DNA of 61,390 nucleotides, the filler included, from Platydemus manokwari (lineage: Eukaryota), in assembly GCA_037951405.1 (NCBI GenBank). It is 6 parts of 6 records of this genome, joined end to end, with 100 filler letters (N's around TTAATTAATTAA, not from the genome) between each part and the next. Parts side by side here need not be neighbours in the genome. Positions count along the whole stretch, not along the records: positions 20,444 to 31,533 come from JBBMOY010914420.1; positions 31,634 to 40,843 come from JBBMOY011282873.1; 4 more parts are not named here. One strand, 5' to 3'. Below, piece by piece: positions 25,861 to 38,402 of this stretch. The stretch's first letter is position 1. Each line of letters starts with the position of its first letter. Below the pieces are notes generated by a model. It was not told the origin of the DNA and made no database searches. It saw only the letters and a program-made list of their open reading frames with translations. A program made the translations under genes and the position numbers.

Positions 25861-27058
25861 TGAATAACTTCTATCTTTTGATTTGTATTTTCAAATCGAT
25901 TGAATAGTTTTATCTTTTCCTTTTTCATCAGTGGTTTTAATTTTTTCTTATTATTTTCTATTAATTAATAGTTTTATTTAAATTTTTTGAAATGTTTCAA
26001 TTATTTGAATCCCCAAAAAACTTGGGAAAATCAATAATAATAATGACAACTTAAACATAGAGTGGATTTGTTTTTTTTTGTCATTCAATAGCCTCATTTC
26101 TGCACGATAATATAATCTTTTTGTTTCCCTGATTTTTATCATCGATATAGAATGATAATTTAGATAGTAAGTCAGTGCTGGAAATATCTATTGCTTACCA
26201 TATAATATTTTCAAATGTCTTGTCTCTTCAAAAATCCATAAAATAATAATTGATTTTAATATTTTCATAAATGTCGAGCAAGGCTTAGCTATCTGATTAC
26301 GACTGATATTAATTTCTCATTAGATTTGATACCTTATAATTTTCAAAACAATAATTTAAAATTTACCACAAAAAGTTGATAATTATGTGTTTTTTAGATT
26401 TCATATACAGTCCTGTGTTTGCGTAGTTTTCATTTAATATTTTTATTTATGAATAATAACTGAGACCTTTAAGCGCTTTGATATGAGTATTTTGTCTTTA
26501 GGATAATTAGATTATCTTTTAACATGATTTATTATTTTTTTAAAACATTTTCATGGATTGCCCATTTGTACGCCATATGTATTTGGGGGGGCTTCAATAA
26601 ATAATAGATTTGTTCCAAAGAAATTTGCTAAAATAGATATAATATTTTTAGCATAGTTATATATTTTAAAATTGATAGAAAACGCACTCTAGCATCGTTA
26701 AAAATAAGATTGAATATACAGGTAACTCGGTTTTAAATCTTGTACTTCTTTCGGAGAACCCTAATTTTATCCTCGTGTTAAATCCATTGTCGTATGCTTG
26801 AGCAGAAAAATCGTTAACAATCATATTATTAGTTCGAGATTCTAGAAATAATCAATTAATTTTGGAATGATTTAATCAATATTTTATTTAGTGCTTAAAC
26901 AATTTAATATATTTTAAAATTAACTGATTAAAGTTATTAAGGAAGTTAAAACTTATATTTGTTAATATATTTTATCTGATCATTATAATGATAAGATCAA
27001 AAACAGATTGAAAACTAAAAGTAAAAAAACAATAAAATTGGTGTGCAGATATTAATGG

Positions 27059-27148
27059 CCATATTGATCCATTCACATATATAAATGAAATACACTTAAT
27101 TGATCCATATTGATCCATTCACATGTATGAATGAAATACACTTAATTG
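27059..27148. repeat. 46-bp tandem duplication (x2)
   Basis: CCATATTGATCCATTCACAT-TAT-AATGAAATACACTTAATTG at 27059 and 27105. Confidence 0.92.
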
Positions 27149-28598
27149 GAAATACTAAGATCGCTTAGATAATTTTCGAATTCGAATTAATACAAAACCA
27201 AACAATGCTGGTTGGGACAGTGTACCATTGATGGAAAGTACAAAGATCATTCTCATGATACTAATGAACGGAAATAAAAGCAGGGATGTACTTGAGATAA
27301 TAATAAAAAATAATCATGAATAATAATGCTTGGTAACGCTGGTTAAATAAAACTTGGTACATATGAACTGTTTAAAATAGATTTGAATTAATATGTAAGT
27401 TCTGTACCGGAAATTAATACAAATATCACAGCAAAGCAGAGGTATTTACCATTTCAAAACTAAATCGGGACAAATATACAAAGGATATTAATGATAACTG
27501 TTTTGTTTTGATATTTGAGGAAAATAAACTGCGCATTACTATTGGATCGCTGGTATTGTAAAAGCATGATATGTGTGGTCATTGCAAAAGATAATTTGGT
27601 GTATTTAATGTTATTGTGTGAAAGTATCTTATTACGAGAAATAACTAAAAATTTATTTAGCATAAAATTGGTTTTCACGAGGTGATGGGAAATCCATCCA
27701 CCTCGACTTTAATAAACTTCTCCTCGATTTTGATTAATTAATATTTTTGAGGCTTGGCTCTTTCTACAAATTTGATCATATATAGCTTTGCATATAAATA
27801 TATCTTTTAAACAGAAGCTAAGTTATCATAGAGAACCTGTTAGAGAGACGAAGTCAGATCAAATGACCAGTTGAGTTTACTGACTGTAGTGAATAGTATA
27901 ATAACAAAAAGATAAATTATTTATTGAAACTATAAAAAATTGTAATAAAATCATAAAACATCTTTCAGTGTTAAGATTTTATTTGAAAAACCACGCTACG
28001 CAAATCAATGGTTAGGATAATAAAAAGAGGTATTTAAATTAGCGTTCCAAATTAGTGTTCCTCTTACTCTTTAATTCTCATGGAAATCCTAAAACTAAAG
28101 AAAAGTTTTATTTACAAGCATTAGTGATAGTTAAAAAGTTGGAATTACATTTTCAAGAGACGACAGTATTCAAACCCCAAACTGTATATCTAAAAGTAGC
28201 GAAAATAATTTAATTACAAGCGATAATTCCATTATCGAACAACAAGTAATGATAGAATCATTATAGAATAAATCTAATTATGCAAGTACTAAAAAATGTA
28301 ATTCACCAATAGCCTAGAAGTCTGCAGCAAAAACGATTTTTCAAATATTTGAGTCACTCATTATGATACTGATAGCATCGACAAATAAACACTAAAGTAA
28401 ACAAAAATGTATTTATTTGTGAAATTTATTGATGAAAATATATCCAATAATGTGAACACTGAAGAGGAAAGTGTTGAAAAAATTCTTTAGATAAATAATT
28501 CTTCTAGATAAAACATTTTAAAAACAAAAACCTTAACACAAGCACTTTCATAAATCGAAAAACAAAACCCATTTTAAAATTAACTGGGTTGACAAATA

Positions 28599-29374
28599 TG
28601 GGTTGGCAAAAAAATTTCATTTTTCTATGCCAATGAAATCTTATCAAAATCTAAAAAAATACAATTTAAAACATTTATTTGTGAAAATCGCATGTGCAGT
28701 TACACTAAAAATGTTAACAAACCATAACAGAGTCTAAACATAGCCTCCATCAGCTTCAATGACACTCTAGAGGTGACGTGTAAAATTTTGAAAATAGCTT
28801 GTGAGATTGGCCTCCGATGTTAACTTCAAATATTGGCGAAGATGGTTCCTCACCTCTCTTGAATTACTGAAGTTTTTTCCACGTCGACAGTACTCGTATT
28901 TCTTGAAGATGAAGCCATCCATGAGGTTTGTGTCGGATGAGTAAGCCGGCTTCTTTAATAAAGACGCGATGTTCCTCAAGCCAAAGACGAATTAACTGTG
29001 CTGCTCAAAAAGTTTTCTCTCAAAAAGTGTTGGCTGTTCTCCTCAAACTCTTTGGTAATCTGGTATACTCTCAGAAGGCTGACGACGTTCTCTGTTCCCC
29101 AACTTTCGACAAGAAAGCGATGGATTTCGATAACCGAAAAGTTGTTTCGTGTTAAAGTTGCAGCGAAGAAATTTATGTCGAATTACTTTGCCTTCATCTT
29201 TCAGGGTAAATCATATAAGAAACTCTAATCGATTTATTTCAATTTAAACCTTGAACTTTTCAGTCTTGTTAATGATCAACCTTAGAAATTTACTTAAGAA
29301 AGATGAGCCTAGAAAATTTTAACTTTGACCTTTAGATATTTTCTTAATGATAAAAGAAATTTTTTGCCGGCCCA
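28599..29374 (-). mobile_element. internally deleted Tc1/mariner DNA transposon with both TIRs
   Basis: Left TGGGTTGGCAAAAAAATTTCATTTT vs right AAAAGAAATTTTTTGCCGGCCCA (inverted), with TA on both outer sides. Transposase relics lie inside. Confidence 0.88.
28734..29200 (-). pseudogene. mariner-type transposase remnant (N-terminal HTH joined to the C-terminal part of the catalytic domain)
   Basis: IHRFLVESWGTENVVSLLRVYQITKEF (HTH), then LIRLWLEEHRV / KPAYSSDTNLMDGFIF (the PPYSPDLNPxD motif) ... RGKNFSNSREV ... VIEADGGYV*. The central part with the first two catalytic Asp is missing. Frameshifts and stops present. Confidence 0.85.
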
Positions 29375-31533
29375 TATACTTACGAAGTCCAATCAGTATA
29401 GATGTAAATATGACTTTTCTCATTTTTTATCCACGATAAACATTTCGGAGAATTTCAATATTCAAATAATGAAACGTAATATTGGATTCGAAACATTTCA
29501 AAATCGTTGTTAGCTTTTCATTTCAGCACGTTAAACAATTATATCCCTACACAACCATGCAGGCATGACAATCAGCCAATTACAGCTGGGTTAGATGGAA
29601 AACGATAATAGGAAAAGAGACATAGACACGCAACAACACACGCAGAGAGACCGATCAACTCCACACATAGAAAAACCAATAAGCCCAATAGAAACATAGA
29701 AAAGTAAAGATCAAATCAAAATGTGATATAAGCATGACATAAAAAATTACACAAGGATCTCGAATACAAATACCGATAAAAAGATGGCCAACTATCAGTT
29801 GGAAGCCAAATTTTAGTTAGCTGTCGAGGCATTGCATTAAATTTGTTAGTCTTACTGAGTAGTACACATTTAGCTGGAAGTGAAGTTTTATGCGTAAATT
29901 TTGTGACAGTTATAAATAAAGCTACAACCTTTGATTTTTGGAGTGAGAGATAATTTGATAATTAATTTTTTATTCAGATATCTGTGTGAAAAAATTAACT
30001 CGCTCTCAATTTTTCTTTTTATCTGCTAAAAATATAAGTTTTAAAAATTATAAACAGTCACTTCAAGAACAAATGAAAATAAATAAAAGATAATCACACC
30101 AAAACCAAAGAATACTAAGTTAAAGATAATTGCTTACTCTAAAAGATTGAAGGTTCTTCTTTCGAGTCGATTTTTACTGGGTCTGTTGTGTGGGTTTACT
30201 GGTGGTCAAAATTTTACTTTTTATTTATTAGAATCATTTGAAGATTTGCTCATGTCTTTAATTAGTAGATTTTCTTCTATTGCTTATGTCATTGGTGCAT
30301 TTCGATACTCGTTACTCTGTTGTGTGATACGTGTGTTGATTTGAAGGCCTCTAAATGGCCACGTGTGTATCTTTTCTATGTTTATTCAATCTTTTGATGT
30401 TTGATTCGATGGTTTTGGTCCATATTTTGGATTCATTTTACCTCATGCTCTACATTATTTTAAGGCAATCTCATTTTAAATAAAAGTTAACCATCATTTA
30501 CAAATGAGCGCTGATAGGTACAAAATTTTGCACATTGTAAGTAGTTTAAGAAGTGTATAAATAATCTTGACATTTTAATGGGAGTTAGAACCAATTTTTG
30601 GTTTAAGCCTAGTTTAAAGGTGCCAAGGCCCTTATTAAAATAAGGCGTAAAACTATTATTGCAGAGAAATAGTTATTGACAGATAAACTTATTTATGTAA
30701 TTAAACTATCAATAAGATTTTTTATAAGAATACTCAGCTATTTCGTTATTATTTATCTATAAAGATGTACGACAAGATATTCTTCTTATTAAATTGAATT
30801 TTATCGATAGGACAAATGCTCCTATCTCTGTTTATTTCTATTTTGTCTAAAAGTGAGTTGACCCCATTTTTCGTGTATATATATATTGATTTGAAACCAT
30901 TTTGTAAGAATTTAATAAAATATGACACGAAATAAAAGCTTATTCCAATAAAATTAAAGTCCGAAAAAATTTGTATAAATATTCAAACCACGACGATAGT
31001 CTTGTAAACAGCATTAAAATTACAAAGGCATTACGAGTTTCGAGAATAACATATTGTAGAGAGAAACTAATAAAATTTATGTCGAACGATTAAATTTATA
31101 AAAGACATTCTTCAGAGTGAGTTTGTAGATTCCAAGAATCTTTAGTTTATTACAAATAAAATGTCAAATATTTGACAAATTCATTTACTTCGATATCGGA
31201 TATGTTCCTCATAAATTCAGAGCCAATTGTATTAATCGTTGTTAATAAATAAAACGAAAGAAATGAAACCAAAAACAAATAATAAGACAAAAGAACAGGT
31301 AAGTAAAACAATTCTGACAAGTATTTTTCCAACGATGCAGAGAAGTGAAATTCTTCTCTAGTTGCCACAGTTGCTCCAATCACCCTTGTTTTTATAAAGT
31401 GTTACTATGTGGGAATCTTTAAAGTCCCGTGGGACCTGTCCTTCACGCCAGCATAGCGTAGTAAGCTGGTGGATCTGGGGGGGGGGGGGCGAGTATCTCT
31501 TTTCCACTTCCCATGACCCCACTTGGGCTTCAC

Positions 31534-31633
31534 NNNNNNNNNNNNNNNNNNNNNNNNNNNNNNNNNNNNNNNNNNNNTTAATTAATTAANNNNNNNNNNN
31601 NNNNNNNNNNNNNNNNNNNNNNNNNNNNNNNNN
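31534..31633. other. artificial contig linker/gap
   Basis: 44 N + TTAATTAATTAA + 44 N. Confidence 0.97.
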
Positions 31634-32053
31634 TCAAATCACTCTCAAACTATAATAATAATAATATTTAAAATATAGATATTGGTAAAATATGAGTATT
31701 CCTGAAAATGGTAAAATCAATAATTAAGTAAACAATTTCGATAAAATACTTTTATTAATAAATCAAATTTAAATGCAAACTACAAGACACTATTGTGGAC
31801 GATCAGATCCCTTCAATAGAACAATCAGGTGTTCCTAACTAATGGGCAAGACACCCCTGTGAATAAAAAAGAAGATGGGAGATAAAGTTTGAGCTTAGAT
31901 ATGTTTAAAACAACCACACAGCCACCGAGATAGCTGTAGGAGCATAATAAAAATATAAAACTTTACTTAGCATTGTCATATAATCAAATAGTTTCTGGAT
32001 AATAGTCGGGAATCCTTGTTCGTAATTGATAAATAGCTTCTTCAATAGATAAC

Positions 32054-32150
32054 AAAATAAAATTGTTTGTAGATATAATTGCTTCGGAAAATCAATTCGT
32101 TCGTAGATAAAATGCTTTAGAAAATAAAATTGTTCGTTGAAAAATTTTCG
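32054..32150. repeat. degenerate ~33-34-bp tandem repeat (x3)
   Basis: AAAAT-AA-T-GTT-GT-GA units start at 32054, 32088 and 32121. Confidence 0.6.
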
Positions 32151-32569
32151 TATAAATTGCTAGTATGAAAAAGTGCAATCAAAATGAATTTGCTTGCTCT
32201 TATATACTGATTTTGTAGGTCTCATGCGTCATTCTAATGTGCTTATGTTTTTGTTCTCATTTGTTTCTAAATTTAGCAACAGCCTACTGTTTTTAGCTAC
32301 TTGATTTGCAAAATTGACCTACACTATTTTTAGCAATGACGGAATTGCTAAAAATAGATTTATGAAAATTTTTCTTCTTTGACTTTGGTTTGCTTTAAAC
32401 AAAAGAATTTGTTGCGAATCAACAAAATCTTTGTTTTATTTATTTTTAAAATAATTTTTGTAAAAAAATTTTTTTCTATTTGTTATTATTTTTTCTGTAG
32501 AAAGTAAAATTTTTTTAAATTAAAATTTTTTATATTTTTAAAATTCATTTTATTATTATATATATTTAT

Positions 32570-33390
32570 CTGTATGTTATGTTTTAGTGTTTCGGGTAGG
32601 TTCGGATTCCACACTTCTGTTGAAGCTGGAACTGTACCGAGTGAGCCCAAAATTGAAATCTGGTTTCAATTCGGATAGCTCATTCCTAAAACTAGTATAA
32701 TGAATTATATTATTTTTGTTTGACTCCTCAAAGATTTGTAGTGCGTCCATCGGACATTTCATGTCTACCAGAAAAATCTTTATTCGCTCTACATCAGTAA
32801 CCTATAAATCGATGCTCTCTTTTCTATCCGGTAACAGTGAGCACATTTGGTTTACTACTATAATAATATTTTTTGATCAAAGACAGACAATAATTTTGTT
32901 CAGGCATGCATCATGCATGTAGATTTTTGCAATAAAATTACTGCATTTACTATCAAGCCATTTTGACGAATAAGATTCCTTAATCAATTGATGTAAATCA
33001 AGAGGTAATTGTTTTCGATTACGAGAATCAAAGTTGTAAGTACCACAAAAATCAGATGTCATCCTCAAATAAGTTTCATCTTTAACAAATTCAAAATCAA
33101 GCTAATTTTGTGAGTATTTTGAAAATATTCCACAGCATTGATAACACGTATCCACCAAGTCTTTTTAGAAGCAGAGTTTTCTATAGATTTTTACCATTGA
33201 TCCATTCAAATCTTTTACCGATTGATGAATTTGCGTTACGAATTCTTGTAGAAGAAACAAAGCAAAGTGAATCAGAGATAATTCTTTTGTCAGTGGACAA
33301 TCAGAGTTTAAAAGACGAAATGCTTGAACAATGCATTGAGTGTGATGTTCATCAATCAATCTAGTAAGTCCGACACCACCATTTGCTAAT
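32570..33390 (-). mobile_element. 5'-truncated, decayed RLE-class non-LTR retrotransposon (NeSL/R5/Utopia/R2-like)
   Basis: GGVGLTRLIDEHHTQCIVQAFRLLNSD (post-RT thumb), KYYYSSKPNVLTVTG (xLNxLP region), IDL*VTDVERIKIFLVDMKCPMD (PD-(D/E)xK RLE) and ILGSLGTVP. The zinc-knuckle region is deleted. An A-rich tract follows on the minus strand. Confidence 0.8.
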
Positions 33391-33551
33391 CTTAGTTTGT
33401 TGCCATTTGCTGGTATGCGCAAGTTGATTATTAGCTTCTAAGTACGGGTTAATATTAAAAGCATTCTGATTGGCTGGCGTCAAGTGCGTTTATCGAATCT
33501 GTATGTGTTAACCTTTTGAACATTTTGGGGAATTTTGTGACCTACCCAACA
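33390..33551 (-). mobile_element. 5' (U3) portion of the dispersed LTR family, fused to the RLE element
   Basis: Revcomp TGTTGGGTAGGTCACAAAAT..CGATAAACGCACTTG..CAGCCAATCA..TTAATATTAA..GCATACCAGCAAATGGCAACAAA aligns to 42041-42200. Confidence 0.75.
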
Positions 33552-34099
33552 AGCCAAACACGAGTTAATTAAAATGAGATATTGATTGGTCAAAGAATAA
33601 ATATTATAACTTTAATAAAAAGCAATCAGTGACAGGCATAAAAGAATTTCGATCATAAAAGAATTTGCAAATTCTATCGAAATGGGCATAGGCAGACTTT
33701 GAAACACCTTACTGATAATTTGTTGAGATTTTGAAAAATTGACTCTGATATAGACGATAGACCCCAAAAATCATCAAATTGATTCAAGAATATTTCGAGC
33801 TACCGGGTTGAGCGTAGTTAATGATTATTTTTAAACTGTATAAAATTGACTTGACAGTAACTACTGCACCGCGAAAACAAAGTTTTGTGATTAGAGTAAA
33901 CCTGTAAATACAACCAAATTATTATTAAGCAGATGATACAGAAAAATCACAAATTTAATGATAACATTACTATAACTTGCAAACATGATTCATGAATAAT
34001 TGCAATTTACTATGAGCATAACCAATTTATCAATGAAATCTGGTGTTAGTTTACTGACAATACAAATTCAAAGTTATTATGAATAACAATTGTGCAGTC

Positions 34100-34123
34100 T
34101 AGGGTAAGGGTTAGGGTTAGGGT
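34100..34123 (+). repeat. short interstitial telomere-like (TTAGGG) tract
   Basis: TAGGGTAAGGGTTAGGGTTAGGGT. Confidence 0.7.
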
Positions 34124-36479
34124 CCAGCAACAGCGACAGAAATAATGACCTTAAAAGAATGATTGACAGAATAACCAGTTAAAGCATTACGAAAAATATG
34201 AAATTACCGGCCATAGAAGACTGACAGTTGCACTCGATTTTTAGCTTCATTGATATAGTTGTAGTGTTTATTTACCTATTTCTTTGAGGGTTATTCCATG
34301 ATATTAATGGGTGCCTTGATTATTTACACACATTCAACATCAGCTTACAATCCTTATCATAGTAGTAAACAGTTTCCTATGAATAATCAAGCTTACGTTC
34401 TTAATTCATCCTCTAAATGTCTTCTCAGTTAACTAAAAATTGTGCTTCTAAAAAATTGACGTCTTTTTTATCCTATTAGTTATTAGAAAATAAGCACGAT
34501 GTAGTTTGTTATGCTTTCCAAGTTAACTGGTTGAACATCACAATTTATAAAGGACATCAACTTTTCTAGATTTATTTCACTTCATAATGAATGAAGTTAC
34601 ATGTGCAGAGTACTTTCGGTAATAAAATAATTAGCAAAGAATGACAAAAAAATTACTGTAAATTTGAACAATTTCAAAACTTCGAAACTCTTAACTTATG
34701 GAAGAGCTTTTATCCTAATTGGTCTTTGTCCAGATGAATCAGTAATATTAATTGAGTTTTCGAAACAAATTCTGACATTGCATCTCTTGTGCACTTCTGC
34801 CTATAAAGCAAAGTTTTTGTCTTTGCCAATCAGATGTTTTGTTCTCAACGGAAAAACCGATGATTTTGTAAACAGCTGACAAAGTCATAAGAGACAACAC
34901 ATATATAGATTGTCACATATGTAGATTGCTCCCAGTCATTGTGAGCACAAAAATTAGGTAATCTTAGTCTTATCAGTATCATCAAGGATTATTCTTATTT
35001 ATTGAAAGTCAAGTTTAAATCGTAATCATATGATTTATCCTGATAATCTAAATCAATGTCATGATTATTATTGCTCTCATACACTCTAATCTTCTTCCGA
35101 TCTAAATGAATGGCTTTTCTTAATAGCATACTCTGATTTTCTAATTATTTACTTTGTCTAATTTATTCTTGTGAATTCTCATCATATATTCTCACTTAGT
35201 CAACCTAGTTTTGTAAACCCCTTATTATCTGCTACTTTATTTATTATAAAAATTAGTACATAAAGATTAGTATTATTAAGAATTTTAACTCTTTATCAAA
35301 AGTTTAAAATTATATTTATTATTAATCATATCTCTTTTAACCATTTCCTCTACTTAGGCAAAAGTAAACCAAAGGCTATAATGTACAAGATTTCACCTTA
35401 TAATGTTTTAGCGTGCTACGACGAAAGATATTCTAGAGATAAATAATTATTTTCCAATATCACGTGATGTATAATACCCATTTAGATATAGTATATTCAT
35501 AATCATAGACCTTAATTATAAATATTATACATTATGCAATACACATTTAGAGAGTTATGTCAGAATATGGGTGGTTAAAACATTTATATTGAAAACTTTG
35601 GGAATTTAATTACATACATATGGAATATAATTTGATATAATAAAGAAAAGCGATCGATATTTCTTTAATAAAGAAAAAGTGAATGAATGGTATAAGTAGT
35701 ACTTTTAACCGGGAATCAATTTAAAAGTTATTTATTTAATATTAAATTAATAATATCAAGTATTCTAAAATGAAACTACATTTGTTTGAATTTTATTATT
35801 TATTTGCACTTTTAATCATTTTTAAAATGCATATTTATTTTTCATAGTTTAAATTTTAGCTTTTTTGTCGTTTTAATAGAAAAATTTATCGATTAGATTT
35901 TCATCAGATTTCTAGCATACCCTTGAACAGAAAATTGGAATTGACGCATTTTATGTAAAGTTTTGAGAAATGCATTATTCTGAGTTTAAGGATGGAATAT
36001 AAATAATTCATCAACTATGAGCTTGCAACTAAAACTTGGCGAACGATATCGAACATATATAAATGCACATTGAGGCAAAAGCATCTTAAATGATTATTTA
36101 TTACATTGTGTTGAAAGCTTGAACTGGTTTACAAACTTTCTTTTGAATTTCAAGTCTGTTAGCTTCGCATTTTTTATCAAACAGAACAGATTTATTCAAG
36201 ACTTTTGATTGAATCATAAGCAAACTTTCATATGTAAAATTTCAAAATGTTTAGATTGTTGGATGTGTTGATTATAGGCGGGTGTTCTTTCAGTAACCTT
36301 AACTCGTAAAATTTTGTTGAGTATGTAAAATAAACTAAAAATTTTCTTTTAAATTGCAAATGGATATTTTTAGGAAAATACTGAAAAAAATCATAAATAA
36401 TTTACTTTTATCAAAATATAAATATTAATAAAATTTTTTAGAACAATTTGTTTAAATGAATCAATTTATTAATTTGTGT

Positions 36480-36733
36480 AAGATCAAGATAAAAGGCTCA
36501 TTATTGGCAAAACCACCAGTCAATATATTCAACACCTGTTGTAATTAATTGTGTGATTATTCCGACGATCAATCTTTAATGGTCGGCACTTTTTGTCATT
36601 GTTTTATCTTTCGAGTGCTGATCCCGTTCTGATCTGATTATTGACTTTGTTTTAAAGCGATTTTGTTTAAAATATACAAATTAATATTTGCAATTACAAA
36701 TTTGAACAATTAGCTTTAGTATATAATCTAACA
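36480..36733 (+). mobile_element. diverged 3' remnant of the dispersed LTR family
   Basis: CTTTCGAGTGCTGATCC is shared with ~42359 (CTTTCGGGTGCTGATCC) and ~17033. Ends ATCTAACA. Confidence 0.45.
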
Positions 36734-37309
36734 ATCAAGATAATTATATTTAATCATAAAATAATAATTATAACTACATAATATAAAAATAACTTTTTCA
36801 ATTCGGAATTTATTAAAATTTAATTTTATATATAGAAAAATTAAAGATAAATTTGAATCTCCAATATTAAATCTGAATATCAGGATCCCATCCCTGGTTT
36901 TACTACACTGAAACTATGTGTTTCTTCTTATTATATCTATTTCACATAGTTATTGTGACGATAACCGTTTCTAAAGCTTTATATCAAAGATAAAAACCAA
37001 ATTGAATTTCCTATATGAAAATATATTATAATAAACATTTTAGTTGTGCAATCCCAGAATAATCACAGCAATCAATATTTAAAATCATTCTGATGGGTTA
37101 AAAGCCGGACAAATTTTATTTGAATTAAAATCGAGTTAAACATTTGGACAAAAATAAAAAATTATCAAAAAATCAATATTATATACCAAGCAACTCGAAA
37201 TTTTGAAAGTTTATTATAGACTGACGAAATATTGAAGTTCATTCAAATTATTAATTATGCTGTCTAACTAATCAAAGTTCGAAACATTATCAAATCCAGT
37301 ATGAAAATC

Positions 37310-37450
37310 TTATGGAAATGGTGTTAGTACGGGTTGGAATTTCCAATATTCTGGTTGCATTCGATGTTTGACGGTTGGATCTTTGATTAGTTTCCAATCA
37401 AAAACGGGTTGCTGATCATATGTAGGACCACTTAGAGCAACAAATCGCAT
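37310..37450 (-). CDS. PLBD2: phospholipase B-like 2 (Ntn-hydrolase), terminal coding exon
   Basis: CAG acceptor at 37453-37451; MRFVALSGPTYDQQPVFDW...MQPEYWKFQPV...* matches the PLBD2 C-terminus (SGPT.DQ.P.F.W ... QP..WKF.P). Confidence 0.9.
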   Translation of the reverse strand: MRFVALSGPTYDQQPVFDWKLIKDPTVKHRMQPEYWKFQPVLTPFP

Positions 37451-37747
37451 CTGCATGAGAATGTAAATAATTTATATTTTTTCCTAAGATATAATATCCA
37501 GTGACGAATTTTCGTAATTAGTAGAAATAATGAATAATAATAAACGATAATAATTTACAATAATTATGATAACAGCATTAATATTACGCTCTTTCAGAAT
37601 TACCTGTTAACAAGAAGGTTAATGCCAGAACATAAGAGCAGCTCTTATAAAAATCGAATAAAAACTACAAGTATTATTCGATGAACCTATAAACAGTATA
37701 CTAATTTCTGGAATTTATTAGAAAATTAAATGAGAGAAATTGCGTAC

Positions 37748-37934
37748 CGCTTTAGCCAGTAGAATATTTGTTGCCTTCACATCTATTCCACCATGTAATC
37801 GATATCCGAGAACTTCGAAAGGATATGTCCCGTTTGGTAAATTAAGATCAGATCTAGCTGATATTCCATTTTCCGCAGTATAAGGTGGTTTGCACGCACA
37901 CCGAGCCAATGGATCATTTTTATAATCATTATAC
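37748..37934 (-). CDS. PLBD2: phospholipase B-like 2, internal exon
   Basis: YNDYKNDPLARCACKPPYTAENGISARSDLNLPNGTYPFEVLGYRLHGGIDVKAT; AG/GT boundaries in frame. Confidence 0.92.
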
Positions 37935-37990
37935 CTGTAAGATATACAATAAAATATAAACTAATCCGACGGAAATTGCTTTATTTATAC

Positions 37991-38143
37991 CTCATTAAAC
38001 GCATCAAGGAAAGTCCATTAGTAACTTTATGAGCATCTCTTTTAAAAATTAAGGCACGTGGCGCTTTATCGATAGTAAAGAAATCTCCATATTTTAAATA
38101 CATTTCTTGATATCCGCTCATATTATAAATCAAAGAAAAATAT
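37991..38143 (-). CDS. PLBD2: phospholipase B-like 2, internal exon
   Basis: YFSLIYNMSGYQEMYLKYGDFFTIDKAPRALIFKRD...MRLMR; flanked by 42- and 56-nt GT-AG introns. Confidence 0.92.
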
Positions 38144-38185
38144 CTGAATTAATACTTAACGAGACAATAATTGTTTGAAAATTAC

Positions 38186-38254
38186 GGAATATTAAAACTG
38201 GCCCAATACGATGTTCTCAGATAATCAGTAAATTCACTGAATATTATTAGACCT
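38186..38254 (-). CDS. PLBD2: phospholipase B-like 2, internal exon
   Basis: GLIIFSEFTDYLRTSYWASFNIP (YWASYNIP motif); flanked by 46- and 42-nt introns. Confidence 0.9.
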
Positions 38255-38300
38255 CTGGATTATAGAATTGAATAATATATACAACTTTTCTTAAAATTAC

Positions 38301-38402
38301 GGAATTTGTTCTAGAATATAGAGCACTCCATCTGGAATCGAATCTCCATATTTATGACCTTTCATCTTGTTGATATCCAATATCATCCATTGATTATTAT
38401 AT
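38301..38402 (-). CDS. PLBD2: phospholipase B-like 2, internal exon
   Basis: YNNQWMILD...GVLYILEQIP (NSGTYNNQWM and LEQIP motifs). Confidence 0.92.

Noticed and set aside
28928-29228. Plus-strand ORFs 28928-29155 and 28998-29228 (and 32716-32922, 33110-33364)
   Set aside because: They are antisense shadows of the minus-strand transposase and RLE-retrotransposon relics.
33165-33422. 85-aa ORF as a novel gene
   Set aside because: It is a chimera: the N-terminus is LTR sequence and the remainder is a frameshifted retrotransposon fragment.
37603-37665. Extra PLBD2 exon inside the 297-nt intron (AG|GTAATT donor)
   Set aside because: Candidate lengths (38, 40, 61 nt) break the frame, and the flanking exons already join in frame to a complete PLBD2 C-terminus.
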